A DNA stretch of 64,000 nt. It comes from Spirochaetaceae bacterium. GTDB lineage: Bacteria > Spirochaetota > Spirochaetia > WTKD01. Location: assembly GCA_011524535.1 (NCBI GenBank), contig WTKD01000013.1, positions 77,371 to 141,370 on the forward strand, written 5' to 3'. The notes beneath the pieces are model-generated. The model was not told the DNA's origin. It ran no database searches and was given only the letters and a program-made list of their open reading frames with translations. Of this stretch, positions 40,334 to 50,685 are shown piece after piece (the first letter of the stretch is position 1; every line of letters starts with the position of its first letter). Made by a program: the position numbers and the translations under genes.

Positions 40334-40927
40334 ATGATTAGGATAAGCAATCTTGACATCAGACGTTTGAAACTGCTACATTTCTTCATGAAAACAGAAT
40401 ACAAAGCTCCCTTCTCACTTTTTTTTGTTTGGGCTTCTGTACTCGTATTTCTCATTGATCAGTATGTAGTTAATGGGCTGATCCAATCCTATTTCATATC
40501 ACCTACCGCATTTTCAGATAATTATTCTTTCCTACGGCTGATACTCTATCCACTCGGAAACATGACCGGAACAACTCTTTCCTTACACTGCTTACTCGTT
40601 CTCTTGCTTGGCATTTTATTAGAAAAACATTTATCTTATGTACAGACAATATGTATTGTGATCATCGCAACATTGGTCGCGGGAATTATCGGAATTTTTA
40701 TTAGATCTCCTTCGATGTATGGTGGTAATATCCTCATTCTTACGATGGCAACAATGCTCGTGGTATTTTCTATCCAACGAAGGAATTTTTCTCTCATACT
40801 GTTCACCACCATCGCTTTGATCATTTTCTACGAACAGGCAAACCTTAACGGACGCGAACTTCTTTCAATTGCAGCAGGTACCCTTGCTGGAGTTGGATAT
40901 GGATTAACAATTAGACAAAAAGTATGA
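40334..40927 (+). CDS. Rhomboid-like polytopic membrane protein lacking the catalytic Ser/His (putative pseudoprotease)
   Basis: TM2-like [12 protein letters not shown] motif is conserved. The GxSG position reads SMYGGN and the AHxxG position reads [10 protein letters not shown]. Stop overlaps the prfA start (ATGA). Confidence 0.45.
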   Translation: MIRISNLDIRRLKLLHFFMKTEYKAPFSLFFVWASVLVFLIDQYVVNGLIQSYFISPTAFSDNYSFLRLILYPLGNMTGTTLSLHCLLVLLLGILLEKHLSYVQTICIVIIATLVAGIIGIFIRSPSMYGGNILILTMATMLVVFSIQRRNFSLILFTTIALIIFYEQANLNGRELLSIAAGTLAGVGYGLTIRQKV

Positions 40928-41988
40928 CAACTATTGACCCAACCCTTCAGAAACATATCGATGAGAATAGCATCCGCATGGATAAGCTAAACGATATTTT
41001 TGTAAAGAATCCCCCTGTTATCGGTTCGGACGAATATGTATCTCTTATGCAAGAAATGAATCATATACAAAAAGTCCAAACCCTGGCGGATCAACTTGTT
41101 AGCGCTGTAAGCGAACTACAAGACCTCAAAGAACTTCAGAAAGATTCTGAATTCTCTGAATTGGCCTTAGACGAAATACAGCTACTGGAAGAACAATGCG
41201 AATCATACGATAAAGCATTGAGAATCCTCCTCATTCCCCGAGATGGTCTTGACGAAAACGGGTGCATAGTTGAAATTAGAGCCGGTACCGGAGGCGAAGA
41301 AGCTTCTTTATTTGTTGGAGATCTTTTGAGAATGTATATGCGGTATGCTGAACGCAGATCGTGGAAAATTGAAACCCTAGAAGCGCATGAAACTGGCGTT
41401 GGAGGGTATCGCGAAATAATTTTTTCATTGGCTGGCGATTTCGTATATGGGTATATGAAATACGAAAAAGGCGTCCATCGTGTGCAAAGGATACCAGTCA
41501 CAGAAAATTCTGGCCGTATCCACACATCTGCAGTAAGTGTTGCAATACTCCCAGAGGTAGATGATAGAAATATAGAAATCCGTAACGAAGATCTTCGTAT
41601 AGATGTTTTTCGTTCCTCGGGTCCGGGCGGGCAAAGCGTCAATACAACCGATTCCGCGGTGCGCATCACCCATATGCCTACCGGGACCGTCGTTACCTGC
41701 CAAGATGAAAAAAGCCAACACAAAAACAAAGCAAAGGCTCTACGTGTATTAAAAGCAAGGATATACGAAGAACAAGAAGCAAAACGTCAAAAAGAAATGG
41801 CTTCGGAAAGAAAGAAACAGATTGGTAGTGGAGACCGCAGTGAACGTATTCGAACATATAACTTCCCTCAAAACAGGGTTAGTGATCACAGAATAAATCT
41901 CACTATATACCAGCTGGATCAAATCATTGAGGGGGACCTAGACAAACTGTTTGAACCCTTACTCCTCGCAACTCAAGAAGATTTTTAA
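40924..41988 (+). CDS. prfA: Peptide chain release factor 1
   Basis: GGQ motif ([19 protein letters not shown]) and the RF1-specific PVT tripeptide. 354 aa. Confidence 0.9.
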   Translation: MTTIDPTLQKHIDENSIRMDKLNDIFVKNPPVIGSDEYVSLMQEMNHIQKVQTLADQLVSAVSELQDLKELQKDSEFSELALDEIQLLEEQCESYDKALRILLIPRDGLDENGCIVEIRAGTGGEEASLFVGDLLRMYMRYAERRSWKIETLEAHETGVGGYREIIFSLAGDFVYGYMKYEKGVHRVQRIPVTENSGRIHTSAVSVAILPEVDDRNIEIRNEDLRIDVFRSSGPGGQSVNTTDSAVRITHMPTGTVVTCQDEKSQHKNKAKALRVLKARIYEEQEAKRQKEMASERKKQIGSGDRSERIRTYNFPQNRVSDHRINLTIYQLDQIIEGDLDKLFEPLLLATQEDF

Positions 41989-41989
41989 T

Positions 41990-42877
41990 ATGATGAGTCT
42001 CAAGGAATGCTTGAAGAAAAACCTTGCATATCTACGAACCGATTCATCCATCGAATCCCCAGAACGGGAGTCTAGATTGATCATAGCCTCTATCTTAGAT
42101 ATTTCTTTTGAGAAAACTTTCACCCACGATACCCAAATAATAGAAGAAAAACACCTAGAACTTATACACCACAAGACACAATTACGTAAAAAAGGACATT
42201 CCATCGCCCACATTGTTGGAAAAAAAGAATTTTACGGACGCCCCTTCCAACTGCTCGATTCGGTACTTATGCCGAGGCCCGAAACCGAACATATAATCGA
42301 TTGCTGCCTTGAATATATAGATGCTCATCCTGCTGAATGGATGAACTCAGATACTACTTCATCAAACACCATATTGGACCTTTGCACGGGAACGGGATGC
42401 ATTCCTATTACGATCGCACTCGAATGCAAAAAACGGGGAATACCCATCACGGCAATAGCAACAGATATTGATAAAACAGCCATCGAAAACGTATCAGCAA
42501 ACAATAAGCTATACGATTTTTGTCTCACAAGGATCTGCAAAGGGGATCTCTTTCACGCCCTAGAACCAGACCATTCTTCCAAATTTTCTATTATCACTGC
42601 AAATCCGCCTTATGTCCCTAGCCGAGAGGCTGTCACGGCTTCTATCCCATCCGAATCACTTAGTGCAATAGATGGAGGACAAGACGGGCTGCAATACTAT
42701 AGGCGTATCATTCCTCTCTTACCGCAATATCTAAAAAAACCAGGCTTTGTTGCGATGGAGATCGGGTATAATCAGGCTGAAGCAGTCACAGCATTAATGC
42801 ATGACCAAGGCTTCAAGGATATTTCGATGTGCACGGATCTGGTAGGCCTGCCACGTACTGTATATGCAAGCTACTAG
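41990..42877 (+). CDS. prmC: Release factor glutamine N5-methyltransferase
   Basis: NPPY motif (ITANPPYV) and a SAM-binding motif (LDLCTGTGCI). Starts 1 nt after the prfA stop. Confidence 0.85.
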   Translation: MMSLKECLKKNLAYLRTDSSIESPERESRLIIASILDISFEKTFTHDTQIIEEKHLELIHHKTQLRKKGHSIAHIVGKKEFYGRPFQLLDSVLMPRPETEHIIDCCLEYIDAHPAEWMNSDTTSSNTILDLCTGTGCIPITIALECKKRGIPITAIATDIDKTAIENVSANNKLYDFCLTRICKGDLFHALEPDHSSKFSIITANPPYVPSREAVTASIPSESLSAIDGGQDGLQYYRRIIPLLPQYLKKPGFVAMEIGYNQAEAVTALMHDQGFKDISMCTDLVGLPRTVYASY

Positions 42878-44834
42878 TTCATTACACCAAACAATCTATT
42901 CTTATGGGCAACTTGAGCCTCACCTCTTGCAATATACACCCGGAGAACGATCTTTGATAAAAGCAGCTTTCGAATTCGCCAAAAAAATGCACGAATCCCA
43001 AACCCGCAGAAGCGGGGAACCCTATGTCACCCACCCACTTTCGGTTGCAAAAATTGTTGCATCTCTACATCTTGATAGCGACTCGGTCATCGGAGCTCTG
43101 CTCCACGATGTCGTGGAAGATTCTGAAATTACTATTAGGAATATACGTAAACATTTTAATGAAGATGTAACACGTATTGTGAAAGGATTGACCAAGCTAT
43201 CTTCTATGCAAATCGTTCCAAATGATGAAACTCATACTCAAAACCTTGTGCATCTCTTGCTCAATATGGTACAGGACTCACGAGTCATGGTCATAAAACT
43301 TGCGGATCGCCTACACAATATGTCGACACTGGGGGCTCTTCCGAGAGAAAAACAAATTCTTGTAGCTGAAGAAACTCTATCCTTGTTTATTCCTCTCGCT
43401 GAAAGCTTGGGTATCGGGATGTTGACGCAGCAGCTCGAAGAATATGCTTATCAGTTCAAGGACCCTACGCTATATAACCAAATAAAATCCTACGTAATAC
43501 AACAGGTTGACGTTTCTGAACTACGACAATTTGAATCGACGGCCCAACAACAAATAGAGAAAAATAAAATTAAGGCAAGTATCAATGCCCGAATAAAAAG
43601 TATCCCTTCACTCTATAAAAAAATTGTACAAGATCTAAAACCGGTTGAAGGAATATATGATCTCTTTGGGCTTCGTATAGTCTGCAAGAATACCCATGAT
43701 TGTTATAAGGTTCTTGGCATCGCACACGCGTTATGGACACCTCTTGAAGGACGTGTAAAGGATTATATTGCCCTCCCAAAAAAGAATGGCTATCAAAGTC
43801 TCCACACCACCGTTCTTGGTCCGCAAGGGCGAAGTATAGAGATCCAAATTAGAACCGAGAAAATGCATACTATTGCAGAAAATGGTCTTGCCGCACATTG
43901 GAGATACAAGCAAAAAGATAATCCAATCAATGAATCATTAAACGTGACACTTTCCTATCTCCAAGACGTTCAAAAACAAAATTATGGCGAACTTGAAACA
44001 ATTCCATCAGAAGCATTACAAGATCAGCTAACCGTATTTACACCCATGGGCGATCCAATACAATTGCCTCCGGGTTCTACCGTCCTTGATTTTGCATTCA
44101 AAGTACATACAGAAATCGGATTACATGCTGCCTCTGCAAGAATCAATGGGCGACAGGTAAGACTGGCCGAATTTCTTTCAAATACCGACATGGTAGAGAT
44201 TATCACATCAAAAGAAAGCCATCCCCATACGCATTGGATTCACCACGTAACGACTTCGCATGCTCGCAGTCGGTTAACCCACTGGCTCAACAATAATGCA
44301 CAGAATTCCATCATTCAGGGCAATATCATAATTCAGTTTGATTATCGAAAAATCTGCAAATATCTGGGACAAGAAACCCCCAATATATCGATCAAATATA
44401 GCCCATGCTGCAATATTCACGCTACTCAAGATTTGTTCGGCACATTGCGAAAAAATGCAATCATCGAAGTACATGCAAAAACATGCAAAATCGGTCAAAA
44501 AAATCGCTGGGCTCCGCCCGTTCGAATTTCAAAAATATCTTCTCCTCTGACAAACGCGATCGAGTGTACCATTCACCTTCAAAACAAAACAAATCTGTTT
44601 TCCCAATTGGAAAAAATTGCAACCATGCTTTCGATACGCCTGAAATCTCTGACCATTGATGAAACCGAACGAGGTGAAATCGATGCAAAAGCCGTATTAA
44701 CCCATGTAAATGATGGTGATCTAGAGAAATTACGACGTTCAATACGTGCGATTCCGACGTTCATATCCTTGCAATACATCGGTAGAAAGGTCTTTGCGAC
44801 TCAAAATGATTACAATACGTTCGATTCTATTTGA
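42864..44834 (+). CDS. Bifunctional (p)ppGpp synthetase/hydrolase (RelA/SpoT homologue)
   Basis: HD hydrolase domain (HDVVEDS), RelA/SpoT synthetase domain (YQSLHTTV), TGS-like region. 656 aa. Confidence 0.85.
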   Translation: MQATSSLHQTIYSYGQLEPHLLQYTPGERSLIKAAFEFAKKMHESQTRRSGEPYVTHPLSVAKIVASLHLDSDSVIGALLHDVVEDSEITIRNIRKHFNEDVTRIVKGLTKLSSMQIVPNDETHTQNLVHLLLNMVQDSRVMVIKLADRLHNMSTLGALPREKQILVAEETLSLFIPLAESLGIGMLTQQLEEYAYQFKDPTLYNQIKSYVIQQVDVSELRQFESTAQQQIEKNKIKASINARIKSIPSLYKKIVQDLKPVEGIYDLFGLRIVCKNTHDCYKVLGIAHALWTPLEGRVKDYIALPKKNGYQSLHTTVLGPQGRSIEIQIRTEKMHTIAENGLAAHWRYKQKDNPINESLNVTLSYLQDVQKQNYGELETIPSEALQDQLTVFTPMGDPIQLPPGSTVLDFAFKVHTEIGLHAASARINGRQVRLAEFLSNTDMVEIITSKESHPHTHWIHHVTTSHARSRLTHWLNNNAQNSIIQGNIIIQFDYRKICKYLGQETPNISIKYSPCCNIHATQDLFGTLRKNAIIEVHAKTCKIGQKNRWAPPVRISKISSPLTNAIECTIHLQNKTNLFSQLEKIATMLSIRLKSLTIDETERGEIDAKAVLTHVNDGDLEKLRRSIRAIPTFISLQYIGRKVFATQNDYNTFDSI

Positions 44835-44938
44835 TAATACCCCCATATCATTCTTCTTTTCTTACTCGTTTTATAATATATAGTTGGGATGCATTTAACC
44901 GAAACCGATTAGCCATACTGAACACATGATCTTTTCTA

Positions 44939-44967
44939 TTGACAACAAATACCATCGTCTATAGAAT
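44939..44967 (+). promoter_or_regulatory. Sigma70-like promoter upstream of bioY
   Basis: TTGACA, a 17-nt spacer, then TAGAAT; the ATG is 7 nt downstream of the -10. Confidence 0.4.
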
Positions 44968-44973
44968 CCCCTT

Positions 44974-45516
44974 ATGTCGCAACGAAACGCATCATCTCCC
45001 TTACTGGCTTTGTTGTATATTTCTTTATTCACCGCGCTGATCATCGTTGGCAGTTATATACGAATCCCTCTTGCCATCCCAATTACTCTACAGACACTGT
45101 TTATCTACCTTGCAGCGCTGTCCATTGGATGGAGCTCTTTAGCCAGCGTGGGGGCCTATCTTATTCTCGGTGCTTTTGGTCTCCCCGTCTTTGCCGGGGG
45201 CGGTAGCGGACTCGCCTATCTTTTTGGACCTACCGGCGGTTTTTTACTTGGGTTCCTCTTGCTCACCGCGGTTATTGCCTGGATAGCCCGTGGATCTAAA
45301 AAAATCATCCGGAATACCTTTGCATTGATTTTCGGAACAGTGGTACTCTACGCGGCTGGTTCAGCCTGGTTTTCACTAGTACAGGCAATGCCCTATCTTG
45401 ATGCGCTGTCTCTTACCGTCATTCCTTTTATCGTTGGTGATCTTATTAAGATTGTTGTGTCGATACTTGTTTATCGGATAATAGCACCCTATATAATGCG
45501 TAATTTCTCCTTTTAA
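44974..45516 (+). CDS. bioY: Biotin ECF transporter S component
   Basis: 180 aa with about 5-6 TM helices and the BioY-typical glycine-rich segment (LPVFAGGGSGLAYLFGPTGGFLLGF). Confidence 0.8.
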   Translation: MSQRNASSPLLALLYISLFTALIIVGSYIRIPLAIPITLQTLFIYLAALSIGWSSLASVGAYLILGAFGLPVFAGGGSGLAYLFGPTGGFLLGFLLLTAVIAWIARGSKKIIRNTFALIFGTVVLYAAGSAWFSLVQAMPYLDALSLTVIPFIVGDLIKIVVSILVYRIIAPYIMRNFSF

Positions 45517-45539
45517 ACACAGCATTATTTCCGAAACCT

Positions 45540-46313
45540 ATGACTATTGGTGTGAAGAATCTCTCTATACGAACCGATGCAAAAAAGATTCTTCTACAGA
45601 ATATACATACCAAATTTTCGAGTGAGGAATTTCTGGTTCTTCTGGGCAACAATGGAGCAGGAAAATCTCTATTGTTACGGTGCATTCTAGGATTGCAAGA
45701 AATCGACGCTGGGGCGATAGAATTTTTCCATCAAAACAAAGAACCTATCACCTTCGAATCTGCCAGATCAGAATTGGGACTCGTATTACAGGACTCAGAA
45801 AAACAAATACTGTGCAATATCGTGCGGGAAGACCTACTCTTTGGACTCGAAATGCATGGAGTGTCACACAATGAACGTGAAAACAGAATACATGAAGTTT
45901 GCGAATTATTACCAATTTCCCATCTCCTCAATAGAAATGTGCTTAGCTTGTCGGGTGGAGAACGGAGACTTATTTCCATTGCGACTGTAATTGTCTGCAA
46001 ACCTCGAATTATATTTCTGGATGAGCCATTTCAATCGCTTGATTATCCAACAGCCCTCGCTTTATTACAGGCACTTATCGCCTTACACCAAAAAAAAGTC
46101 GGTATTGTCCTAGTAACCCATAACTACCATGCTGTACTCGCTCATGCAACCAAGGTGCTCATTTTGGAGGCTGGGGTGGTTATATTTGAAGGCTCTCCAG
46201 TCACTGGAATTGCTCAATTCGCGCAGCTAGGCCTTGAATCTCCCCGAAGCTCGCTTGACCATATGACATTACAACCTATGTCCCCAGGGACGAGACTCCA
46301 ACCGCCATCTTAA
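45540..46313 (+). CDS. ECF transporter ATPase component (EcfA/BioM/CbiO-like)
   Basis: Walker A GNNGAGKS, LSGGERRL signature, Walker B IIFLDEP, His-loop. Confidence 0.75.
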   Translation: MTIGVKNLSIRTDAKKILLQNIHTKFSSEEFLVLLGNNGAGKSLLLRCILGLQEIDAGAIEFFHQNKEPITFESARSELGLVLQDSEKQILCNIVREDLLFGLEMHGVSHNERENRIHEVCELLPISHLLNRNVLSLSGGERRLISIATVIVCKPRIIFLDEPFQSLDYPTALALLQALIALHQKKVGIVLVTHNYHAVLAHATKVLILEAGVVIFEGSPVTGIAQFAQLGLESPRSSLDHMTLQPMSPGTRLQPPS

Positions 46314-46317
46314 ATAT

Positions 46318-47046
46318 ATGCCTACGAAGCTTCCCCTCTTCCAATTTCAAGGTACACAAACTATCTTTCCTCTTATATTTCTTCAAAAACTCATTATATT
46401 GATTGCATTACAAACAGCGCTTTTTTCCTCTGTGCCACTCCCTGCCATTCTTTGCTGTCTGTGCATCATCCTGTATACACATATACGAATTCCAAGTGGC
46501 ATTATCCATACAACTAGAGTATTTCTATTATTTGCCCCCGTTGTATTGCTATCTGCAGGTTTGAGGTTGCTATATGCCCTACCCTATGAAAAAACGTTTG
46601 TATTTTATCTTATTTCCCTTGTCATTACTATCTTGATGAGTAGTTGTCTGTTTCTCACTACTACGCAATATGATTATGTCGGTGGTATGCGTACTCTCGC
46701 ACGTGTTCCACTCTTCAGGACGCTCTCATTTGTTCTGTCGTTTGTATTCATTTTTGTGCTTCATATCAGCGAAACAAGAGCCATTCTGCACGAAGCGTTA
46801 TTTCTGCGAGGAATCCGGCTACGAAAACATCCTATTCGATACGCAAAGCACATGTCTCTCGGGCTTATCATCCACCAGATTCGCTATATTGAAATAGTAC
46901 ACGACACCTTGCTACTTAGAGATTTCTCTATCGAGAAATGGAAAACACTTTCTCAAAAACGACATGCTGTTTCATGGACGGTGTCGATCTTGTTTAGCCT
47001 CATTGTTATCACATATCCTATAGCATGGGAATTAATATTGTCTTAG
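46318..47046 (+). CDS. ECF transporter transmembrane T component (EcfT/BioN/CbiQ-like)
   Basis: 242-aa polytopic protein directly after the ECF ATPase; typical S-A-T gene order. Confidence 0.6.
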   Translation: MPTKLPLFQFQGTQTIFPLIFLQKLIILIALQTALFSSVPLPAILCCLCIILYTHIRIPSGIIHTTRVFLLFAPVVLLSAGLRLLYALPYEKTFVFYLISLVITILMSSCLFLTTTQYDYVGGMRTLARVPLFRTLSFVLSFVFIFVLHISETRAILHEALFLRGIRLRKHPIRYAKHMSLGLIIHQIRYIEIVHDTLLLRDFSIEKWKTLSQKRHAVSWTVSILFSLIVITYPIAWELILS

Positions 47047-47513
47047 TTGAACCAGAGATTCCACAAAACACCGGAAATATTGCGCGAACATGCGCAGCAT
47101 TAAACATCGATTTGCACATCATTGGCAGCATACCCTTTGTTATTTCCGAAAGAACGGTCAAACGTGCCGGTCTAGACTATTGGCCATATGTCCGCTTGCA
47201 TAGGCATGAAAACCTAGATGACTTCTTTTCTATATATCCTCTCGAATACTGCATACTTACATCTTCGCGGGGACAGCATCTCTACACGGAATTCTCATAC
47301 CCACGTTCACATCAAGACTGCGCCCTATTGTTTGGAAAAGAAAGTACTGGTCTCCCCACAAGCTTCATAGAACAACACAGAGAACGTTCCATCCATATAC
47401 CCATGCGACCAGAAATAAGATCCCTCAACCTCGCCAATACGGTTGCAATCTTGGCTTATTATATTGCCTCTCAGCACAATTTTAGTAGTATACTTAATCA
47501 GAGGAGCTCATGA
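47025..47513 (+). CDS. trmL: tRNA (cytidine/uridine-2'-O)-methyltransferase, SPOUT family
   Basis: MGINIVLVEPEIPQNTGNIARTCAALN is the TrmL/YibK N-terminal signature. 162 aa. Confidence 0.8.
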   Translation: MGINIVLVEPEIPQNTGNIARTCAALNIDLHIIGSIPFVISERTVKRAGLDYWPYVRLHRHENLDDFFSIYPLEYCILTSSRGQHLYTEFSYPRSHQDCALLFGKESTGLPTSFIEQHRERSIHIPMRPEIRSLNLANTVAILAYYIASQHNFSSILNQRSS

Positions 47514-48310
47514 AAAAAAAGAACATCATTGTTGTCGGTGGCGGTACGATGGGGTATGCCATTGCCAAAAATATTTCTGACGACTACGCAACAACAATTG
47601 TAGAAAAATCTATGGAAAGACGGACCTACATCGAACGTCATTCTCCCCAAATAACCTGCACATCGGATCATCCCCAATACGCCCCCGACGATCTTATAAT
47701 TCTTGCCATAAAACCCCAGGATTTCCATAATCTCACAGACGTAATGCCAAAAAATGCCAAATACCTGTCCATCATTGCCGGTATTTCTCTATCAAAACTG
47801 CACAATGCGTTACAAAGCGATTATATAGCCCGGATCATGCCTTCATTAACCGCCCGCATAAGTATGGCTGTTACCGGATACTGTGTAAAAGAGACAACAA
47901 AAAAATATACCGAATTTATAACCCTAACAAAGGACATTGCTTCAACACTGGGAGAAATTGTAGAACTTTCAGAAAAATTGATCCCAGCAATTACCGCATT
48001 ATCGGGATCAGGCATCGCATTTGTATTTCGATTCATACATGAGCTTGCCATGGCAGGAGTTGCGGAAGGAATCCCATACCCAAAGTCATTGGAAATTGCA
48101 CACGATACGATCCTCGGGGCAGCTGAATATTCAAAGCAGCACTGCACAAAAGGTGGGAACCCTATCGAATTAATAACACAGGTTTGTTCACCTGCCGGTA
48201 CTACTGTCGCTGGCTTACAAAAACTCGATGAACACGGTTTTGCAACCGCTCTCCAGAAGGCTGTTCACGCTGTCGTCGATAGAAGTTTTGAAATCGAATC
48301 TACTATGTAA
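47510..48310 (+). CDS. proC: Pyrroline-5-carboxylate reductase
   Basis: N-terminal Rossmann motif IIVVGGGTMGYAI, a ProC-like C-terminal dimerisation region, 266 aa. RBS GAGGAG present. Confidence 0.8.
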   Translation: MKKKNIIVVGGGTMGYAIAKNISDDYATTIVEKSMERRTYIERHSPQITCTSDHPQYAPDDLIILAIKPQDFHNLTDVMPKNAKYLSIIAGISLSKLHNALQSDYIARIMPSLTARISMAVTGYCVKETTKKYTEFITLTKDIASTLGEIVELSEKLIPAITALSGSGIAFVFRFIHELAMAGVAEGIPYPKSLEIAHDTILGAAEYSKQHCTKGGNPIELITQVCSPAGTTVAGLQKLDEHGFATALQKAVHAVVDRSFEIESTM

Positions 48311-48349
48311 ATCCTTCCAATTATAGTGCTAGTTTCTTACACTTAGGGC

Positions 48350-49615
48350 ATGCTTGATATACATTTTGTTCAAAATAATCCAGATCGAATCACCAAGGAT
48401 GCAAAAAGCAAGGGGGTTTCTATATCTCTCGAAACCATCTGCAATACATACGATTCCTGGAAGAAAGCTCGCCAAGAATTAGAAACACTACAAAACCAGC
48501 GAAAAACCCTTGCAAAACAATCATCTTCTGGATCATCACAAGAACAAATAAAACAAGCAAGAGAAATTAAACAAGCAATCCAATCCCTCCAAGAAACAAT
48601 ACGTAAGCTGCATGAAGATTGGACCAGCACTCTAAAAGCTGTTCCAAATATTATCGCGCCCGATGTTCCACTTGGCCCTACCGACGCATACAATGAAATT
48701 TTGAAAGAGATAGGCACGCGCCCCACGTTTGCATTTGAACCAAAAGATCATATGGATGTCATGCAAAATTTGGATATTATTGATTTTGACTCGGCTACAA
48801 AAACCACAGGAACAAAATTCTATTTCCTGAAAAATGAAGCAGTATTATTAGAGCTTGCGCTTATTCGCTATGCGATAGATGTCGCATTAAAACACAATTT
48901 CACACTTTTTCAAACCCCAGACCTTGCGAAATCAGATACCGTCGATAGCCTTGGATATTCACCTCGGAGCGATAGCCCCGATATATACCTCATTGAAAAT
49001 GAGGACCTATGTCTTATCGGTACCGCAGAGATTACTCTGGGTGGATATCTTGCAGACATGATATACAAACACGACGACCTGCCTATCCGCATGGTTGGGA
49101 TATCTCATTGTTTTCGAAAAGAGGCTGGTGCTGCCGGGAAATATAGCCGTGGGCTCTACCGCGTACATCAGTTTTCGAAGGTCGAATTATTCTCCTGCGT
49201 TGATACAAACGCCTCTGATGATGAACTGGAACATATTAGAACCATAGAAGAGGAAATTTTTTCCGGTTTGGGCATCCCATTTCGGGTTGTATCTGTATGT
49301 TCGGGAGATCTTGGTGCCCCTGCATACAAAAAATACGATCTTGAAGCTTGGCTACCGGGAAAAAACAAGGGCACCTGGGGTGAAATCACAAGCACATCCA
49401 ATTGTCTCGATTTTCAAAGCCGCAGATTGAACATACGTTATCGTGAGACTACTGGAACAAAAAAAACAATTCCACACACCCTAAATGGAACCGCCATTGC
49501 TACATCGCGGGCTATGATCGCACTGGTTGAAAATTATCAACAACAAGATGGCAGCATAGTGATACCAGAGGCATTACGTCCCTATACTGGCTTTTCCGAA
49601 ATATCAAAGAAATGA
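48350..49615 (+). CDS. serS: Seryl-tRNA synthetase
   Basis: N-terminal coiled-coil arm, class II motifs (FRKEAG ... YRVHQF, GSGLAIGR-like TSRAMIAL). 421 aa. Confidence 0.9.
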   Translation: MLDIHFVQNNPDRITKDAKSKGVSISLETICNTYDSWKKARQELETLQNQRKTLAKQSSSGSSQEQIKQAREIKQAIQSLQETIRKLHEDWTSTLKAVPNIIAPDVPLGPTDAYNEILKEIGTRPTFAFEPKDHMDVMQNLDIIDFDSATKTTGTKFYFLKNEAVLLELALIRYAIDVALKHNFTLFQTPDLAKSDTVDSLGYSPRSDSPDIYLIENEDLCLIGTAEITLGGYLADMIYKHDDLPIRMVGISHCFRKEAGAAGKYSRGLYRVHQFSKVELFSCVDTNASDDELEHIRTIEEEIFSGLGIPFRVVSVCSGDLGAPAYKKYDLEAWLPGKNKGTWGEITSTSNCLDFQSRRLNIRYRETTGTKKTIPHTLNGTAIATSRAMIALVENYQQQDGSIVIPEALRPYTGFSEISKK

Positions 49616-50685
49616 CGATTATTGCCGAGGCCGGAACTGGGCATAACGGCGATATTAAACAGGCCCATGAACTCATTGATGCAGCCGCCCAGGCCGGTGC
49701 CCATTATATAAAATTTCAATATGTGATAGCACGGGAGATACTCCATCCCCTAACAAAACCTCTTGTTCTGTTCGATAAAAAAGTCGATCTCTTTCAGCGA
49801 TTTATAGATTTAGAACAAACTAAAGAGTTTTATGCAGATCTTATTCAGTATGCACGAAAAAAAAATATCGGATTCCTCTGTTCCGCTTTTGGCCTTGAAA
49901 GTGCAGCCAATTTACTCGATTTGGGAGTTGACTCGATAAAGATTGCTTCTCCTGAATTGAACCATGTCCCCTTGATGGATTTTCTTAACCATAATCGTAT
50001 CTCGGTATTTGCTTCTAACGGCCTCGCAAAGCTCGGTGACATAGAAAAGGCCCTTGCACTACTTACCAATTGCTCTGTTGTATTATTCCACTGTGTAACA
50101 TCGTATCCGGCAGAAGAAAAAGATTATGCCTTGGCTTGTCTCCCCCATCTGCAAGCTATTTTCTCCGTAGATATCGGCTGCTCTGATCATACAAAAAACC
50201 CCTTGTTTATACCCTTGCTCGCACAATATTATGGAGCCCAATATCTCGAAAAGCATATAACCCTAACAAGGCAGGGCCCCGGTCTCGATGATGAACTCGC
50301 TATAACCCCACAAGAACTAGCAGATCTTTGCAAAGAAACTCAAAGTTTCGATCAATTGTTGCACCTCGAAGGGGCAAACAAAGCGTATAAACATCTCATT
50401 CAGCGATTTTCTGAAGATAGGGTCATGCTTGCAAGTGGCTCTGGCCAATATACCCTCTCCCAATCAGAAGAAACAGCGTATCATACAAGCCGGAGAAGCA
50501 TCATTGCACTCGAAAACATTGCCGCCGGTGAATCATGCACCAAGAAAAATTGTGCAGTGTTACGCGCGGAGCAAGGAGGCGTTCCAGGTCTGCATCCAAA
50601 ATATTTTACCTTGATACAGAACAAATCGACCAAAAGGGATGTCCCTGCAGGTAGAGGTGTTCAATGGGGAGACTTATTGCTTTAA
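49612..50685 (+). CDS. N-acetylneuraminate/nonulosonic acid synthase family protein (NeuB/SpsE-like) with C-terminal SAF domain
   Basis: IIAEAGTGHNGD ... AHYIKFQ NeuB TIM-barrel signature and a C-terminal SAF/antifreeze-like domain. ATGA overlap with serS. Confidence 0.75.
   Translation: MTIIAEAGTGHNGDIKQAHELIDAAAQAGAHYIKFQYVIAREILHPLTKPLVLFDKKVDLFQRFIDLEQTKEFYADLIQYARKKNIGFLCSAFGLESAANLLDLGVDSIKIASPELNHVPLMDFLNHNRISVFASNGLAKLGDIEKALALLTNCSVVLFHCVTSYPAEEKDYALACLPHLQAIFSVDIGCSDHTKNPLFIPLLAQYYGAQYLEKHITLTRQGPGLDDELAITPQELADLCKETQSFDQLLHLEGANKAYKHLIQRFSEDRVMLASGSGQYTLSQSEETAYHTSRRSIIALENIAAGESCTKKNCAVLRAEQGGVPGLHPKYFTLIQNKSTKRDVPAGRGVQWGDLLL

Noticed and set aside
44880-44938. Looked for a BirA-type biotin operator palindrome upstream of bioY.
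   Set aside because: I found no convincing inverted repeat, only the sigma70-like -35/-10 pair.
48311-48349. Considered a T-box leader upstream of serS.
   Set aside because: The gap to proC is only 39 nt, far too short for a T-box of about 200-300 nt; serS is simply operonic.
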